Shown piece after piece: positions 57,901 through 64,000 of a stretch of 64,000 nucleotides of DNA. The stretch spans positions 9,052,001 to 9,116,000 of the forward strand of contig OZ024749.1 in the NCBI GenBank assembly GCA_964016885.1, read 5' to 3'. The position numbers and the translations under genes are program-made. The stretch's first letter is position 1. Each line of letters opens with the position of its first letter. The notes beneath the pieces are model-generated. The model ran no database searches, had not been told where the DNA came from, and saw nothing but the letters and a program-made list of their open reading frames with translations. The DNA is from Eledone cirrhosa (lineage: Eukaryota).

Positions 57901-60900
57901 CACCAGGTCAACTGTGTTACAAGATATAGTACACACTAGTTCACCAGGTCAACTGTGTTACAAGATATAGTACACACTAGTTGACCAGGTCAACTATGTT
58001 ACAAGATATAGTACACACTAGTTCACCAGGTCAACCGTGTTACAAGGTATAGTACACACTAGTTGACCAGGTCAACTGTGTTACAAGTAATAGTACACAC
58101 TAGTTCACCGGGTCAACTGTGTTACAAGATATAGTACAGACTAGTTCACCGGGTCAACTGTGTTACAAGATATAATACACACTAGTTCACCAGGTCAACT
58201 GTGTTACAAGTTATAGTACACACTAGTTCACCGGGTCAACTGTGTTACAAGATATAGTACAGACTAGTTCACCGGGTCAACTGTGTTACAAGATATAATA
58301 CACACTAGTTCACCAGGTCAACTGTGTTACAAGATATAGTACACACTAGTTCACTAGGTCAACTGTGGTACAATATATAGTACACACTAGTTCACCAGGT
58401 CAACTGTGTTACAAGGTGTAGTACACACTAGTTCACCAGGTCAACTTTGTTACAAGTTATAGTACACACTAGTTTACCAGGTCGACTGTGTTACAAGATA
58501 TAGTACACACTAGTTCACCAGGTCAACTATGTTACAAGATATTGTACACACTAGTTCACCAGGTCAACTGTGTTACAAGATATAGTACACACTAGTTCAC
58601 CAGGTCAACTGTGTTACAAGATATAGTACACACTAGTTCACCAGGTCAACTGTGTTACAAGATATAGTACACACTAGTTCACTAGGTCAACTGTGTCACA
58701 AGGTATATTACACACTAGTTCACCAGGTCAACTGTGTTATAAGGTATAGTACACACTAGTTCACCAGGTCAACTGTGTTACAAGTTATTATACACACTAG
58801 TTCACCAGGTCAACTGTGTTACAAGGTATAGTACACACTAGTTCACCAGGTCAACCGTGTTACAAGGTATAGTACACACTAGTTCACTAGGTCAACTGTG
58901 GTACAATATATAGTACACACTAGTTCACCAGGTCAACTGTGTTACAAGGTGTAGTACACACTAGTTTACCATGTCAACCTTGTTACAAGTTTGAGTACAC
59001 ACTAGTTTACCAGGTCGACTGTGTTACAAGATATAGTACACACTAGTTCACCAGGTCAACTATGTTACAAGATATAGTACACACTAGTTCACCAGGTCAA
59101 CTGTGTTACAAGATATAGTACACACTAGTTCACCAGGTCAACTGTGTTACAAGATATAGTACACACTAGTTCACCAGGTCAACTGTGTTACAAGATATAG
59201 TACACACTAGTTCACTAGGTCAACTGTGTCACAAGGTATAGTACACACTAGTTCACCAGGTCAACTGTGTTACAAGGTATAGTACACACTAGTTCACCAG
59301 GTCAACTGTGTTACAAGTTATTATACACACTAGTTCACCAGGTCAATTGTGTTACAAGGTATAGTACACACTAGTTCACCAGGTCAACCGTGTTGCAAGG
59401 TATAGTACACACTAGTTCACTAGGTCAACTGTGGTACAATATATAGTACACACTAGTTCACCAGGTCAACTATGTTACAAGATATAGTACAGACTAGTTC
59501 ACCGGGTCAACTGTGTTACAAGATATAATACACACTAGTTCACCAGGTCAACTGTGTTACAAGATATAGTACACACTAGTTCACTAGGTCAACTGTGTTA
59601 CAAGATATAGTACACACTAGTTCACCAGGTCAACTCTGTTACAAGATATAGTACACACTAGTTCACCAGGTCAACCGTGTTACAAGGTATAGTACACACT
59701 AGTTGACCAGGTCAACTGTGTTACAAGTAATAGTACACACTAGTTCACCGGGTCAACTGTGTTACAAGATATAGTACAGACTAGTTCACCGGGTCAACTG
59801 TGTTACAAGATATAATACACACTAGTTCACCAGGTCAACTGTGTTACAAGATATAGTACACACTAGTTCACTAGGTCAACTGTGGTACAATATATAGTAC
59901 AGACTAGTTCACCAGGTCAACTGTGTTACAAGGTGTAGTACACACTAGTTTACCATGTCAACCTTGTTACAAGATATAGTACACACTAGTTCACCAGGTC
60001 AACTGTGTTACAAGATATAGTACACACTAGTTCACCAGGTCAACTGTGTTACATGATATAGTACACACTAGTTCACCAGGTCAACTGTGTTACAAGATAT
60101 AGTACACACTAGTTCACCAGGTCAACTGTGTTACTAGATATAGTACACACTAGTTCACCAGGTCAACTATGTTACAAGATATAGTACACACTAGTTCACC
60201 AGGTCAACTGTGTTACAAGATATAGTACACACTAGTTCACCAGGTCAACTGTGTTACAAGATATAGTACACACTAGTTCACCAGGTCAACTGTGTTACAA
60301 GATATAGTACACACTAATTCACTAGGTCAACTGTGTCACAAGGTATAGTACATACTAGTTCACCAGGTCAACTGTGTTACAAGATATAGTACACACTAGT
60401 TCACCAGGTCAACTGTGTTACAAGTTATTATACACACTAGTTCACCAGGTCAACTGTGTTACAAGGTATAGTACACACTAGTTCACCAGGTCAACCGTGT
60501 TACAAGGTATAGTACACACTAGTTCACTAGGTCAACTGTGGTACAATATATAGTACACGCTAGTTCACCAGGTCAACTGTGCTACAAGGTGTAGTACACA
60601 CTAGTTTACCATGTCAACCTTGTTACAAGATATAGTACACACTAGTTCACCAGGTCGACTGTGTTACAAGATATAGTACACACTAGTTCACCAGGTCAAC
60701 TATGTTACAAGATATAGTACACACTAGTTCACTAGGTCAACTGTGTCACAAGGTATAGTACACACTAGTTCACCAGGTCAACTGTGTTACAAGGTATAGT
60801 ACACACTAGTTCACCAGGTCAACTGTATTACAAGTTATTATACACACTAGTTCACCAGGTCAACTGTGTTACAAGGTATAGTACACACTAGTTCACCAGG

Positions 60901-63900
60901 TCAACCGTGTTACAAGGTATAGTACACACTAGTTCACCAGGTCAACCGTGTTACAAGGTATAGTACACACTAGTTCACCAGGTCAACTGTGTTACAAGGT
61001 ATCGTACACACTAGATCACCAGGTCAACTGTGTTACAAGATATAGTACAGACTAGTTCACCAGGTTAACAGTGTTACAAGATATAGTACACACTAGATCA
61101 CCAGGTCAACTGTGTTACAAGATATAGTACACACTAGTTCACCAGGTCAACTGTGTTACAATATATAGTACACACTAGTTCACCAGGTCAACTGTGTTAC
61201 AAGATATAGTACACACTAGTTCACCAGGTCAACTGTGTTACAAGATATAGTACAGACTAGTTCACCAGGTCAACTGTGTTACAAGTTATAGTACACACTA
61301 GTTCACCAGGTCAACTGTGTTACAAGATATAGTACACACTAGATCACCAGGTCAACTGTGTTACAAGATATAGTACACACTAGTTCACCAGGTCAACTGT
61401 ATTACAAGGTATAGTACACACTAGTTCACCAGGTCAACTGTGTTACAATATATAGTACACACTAGTTCACCAGGTCAACTGTGTTACAAAGTATAGTACA
61501 CACTAGTTCACCAGGTCAACTGTGTTACATGTTATAGTACACACTAGTTCACCAGTTCAACTGTGTTACAAGGTATAGTACACACTAGTTCACCAGGTCA
61601 ACTGTGTTACAACATATAGTACACACTAGTTCACCAGGTCAAATGTGTTACAATGTATAGTACACACTAGTTCACCAGGTCAACTGTGTTACAAGATATA
61701 GTACACACTAGTTCACCAGGTCAACTGTGTTACAAGATATAGTACACACTAGTTCACCAGGTCAACTATGTTACAAGATATAGTACACACTAGATCACCA
61801 GGTCAACCGTGTTACAAGGTATAGTACACACTAGTTGACCAGGTCAACTGTGTTACAAGTTATAGTACACACTAGTTCACCAGGTCAACTGTGTTACAAG
61901 ATATAGTACACACTAGTTCACCAGGTCAACTGTGTTACAAGATATAGTACACACTAGTTGACCAGGTCAACTATGTTACAAGATATAGTACACACTAGTT
62001 CACCAGGTCAACCGTGTTACAAGGTATAGTACACACTAGTTGACCAGGTCAACTGTGTTACAAGTAATAGTACACACTAGTTCACCGGGTCAACTGTGTT
62101 ACAAGATATAGTACAGACTAGTTCACCGGGTCAACTGTGTTACAAGATATAATACACACTAGTTCACCAGGTCAACTGTGTTACAATTTATAGTACACAC
62201 TAGTTCACCGGGTCAACTGTGTTACAAGATATAGTACAGACTAGTTCACCGGGTCAACTGTGTTACAAGATATAATACACACTAGTTCACCAGGTCAACT
62301 GTGTTACAAGATATAGTACACACTAGTTCACTAGGTCAACTGTGGTAAAATATATAGTACACACTAATTCACCAGGTCAACTGTGTTACAAGGTGTAGTA
62401 CACACTAGTTCACCAGGTCAACTTTGTTACAAGTTATAGTACACACTAGTTCACCAGGTCGACTGTGTTACAAGATATAGTACACACTAGTTCACCAGGT
62501 CAACCATGTTACAAGATATAGTACACACTAGTTCACCAGGTCAACTGTGTTACAAGATATAGTACACACTAGTTCACCAGGTCAACTGTGTTACAAGATA
62601 TAGTACACACTAGTTCACCAGGTCAACTGTGTTACAAGATATAGTACACACTAATTCACTAGGTCAACTGTGTCACAAGGTATAGTACACACTAGTTCAC
62701 CAGGTCAACTGTGTTACAAGGTATAGTACACACCAGTTCACCAGGTCAACTGTGTTACAAGTTATTATACACACTAGTTCACCAAGTCAACTGTGTTACA
62801 AGGTATAGTACACACTAGTTCACCAGGTCAACCGTGTTACAAGGTATAGTACACACTAGTTCACTAGGTCAACTGTGGTACAATATATAGTACACACTAG
62901 TTCACCAGGTCAACTGTGCTACAAGGTGTAGTACACACTAGTTTACCATGTCAACCTTGTTACAAGATATAGTACACACTAGTTCACCAGGTCGACTGTG
63001 TTACAAGATATAGTACACACTAGTTCACCAGGTCAACTATGTTACAAGATATAGTACACACTAGTTCACCAGGTCAACTGTGTTACAAGATATAGTACAC
63101 ACTAGTTCACCAGGTCAACTGTGTTACAAGATATAGTACACACTAGTTCACTAGGTCAACTGTGTCACAAGGTATAGTACACACTAGTTCACCAGGTCAA
63201 CTGTGTTACAAGGTCTAGTACACACTAGTTCACCAGGTCAACTGTATTACAAGTTATTATACACACTAGTTCACCAGGTCAACTGTGTTACAAGGTATAG
63301 TACACACTAGTTCACCAGGTCAACCGTGTTACAAGGTATAGTACACACTAGTTCACCACGTCAACCGTGTTACAAGGTATAGTACACACTAGTTCACCAG
63401 GTTCTAGTTCACCAGGTCAACTGTGTTACAAGGTATCGTACACACTAGATCACCAGGTCAATTGTGTTACAAGATATAGTACACACTAGTTCACCAGGTC
63501 AACTGTGTTACAATATATAGTACACACTAGTTCACCAGGTCAACTGTGTTACAAGATATAGTACACACTAGTTCGCCAGGTCAACTGTGTTACAAGATAT
63601 AGTACAGATTAGTTCACCAGGTCAACTGTGTTACAAGTTATAGTACACACTAGTTCACCAGGTCAACTCTGTTACAAGATATAGTACACACTAGATCACC
63701 AGGTCAACTGTGTTACAAGATATAGTACACACTAGTTCACCAGGTCAACTGTATTACAAGGTATAGTACACACTAGTTCACCAGGTCAACTGTGTTACAA
63801 AGTATAGTACACACTAGTTCACCAGGTCAACTGTGTTACAAGTTATAGTACACACTAGTTCACCAGGTCAACTGTGTTACAAGATATAGTACACACTAGT

Positions 63901-64000
63901 TCACCAGGTCAATTGTGTTACAAGATATAGTACACACTAGTTCACCAGGTCAACTATGTTACAAGATATAGTACACGCTAGTTCACCAGGTCAACCGTGT
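51955..64000. repeat. 41-bp satellite array, about 290 copies, running off the window end
   Basis: Unit ggtcaactgtgttacaagatatagtacacactagttcacca; stops in all frames. Confidence 0.98.

Overview
Eukaryotic, AT- and microsatellite-rich, essentially non-genic DNA. The tRNA-derived SINE families and dense (TA)n/(CA)n/(GA)n tracts suggest a cephalopod (octopus-like) genome, which is an inference. About half the window is tandem repeat: minisatellites or satellites with 43, 33, 40, 27, 38/36, 62, 40/41, 93 and 41 bp units, plus large trinucleotide tracts. Nearly all listed ORFs are translations of these repeats. I recognise no intact host gene. Real coding relics are a 5'-truncated RLE-endonuclease non-LTR retrotransposon end (3.0-3.4 kb), an internally deleted pogo/Tigger DNA transposon with intact TIRs (21.1-21.8 kb) and a CR1-clade LINE 3' end (45.7-46.3 kb). 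The most striking hidden signal lies between about 9 and 46 kb. The short unique-looking islands between (TA)n tracts are mostly fold-back elements with one short arm and one arm extended by a tail, from many unrelated families. They carry type I hammerhead ribozyme motifs: at least 8 with complete canonical cores, several core variants and several 3' halves, most with a short palindromic stem III. This fits an archive of Penelope-like element pseudo-LTRs or retrozyme-like elements targeting (TA)n. All folds and coordinates were read by eye and need computational confirmation.
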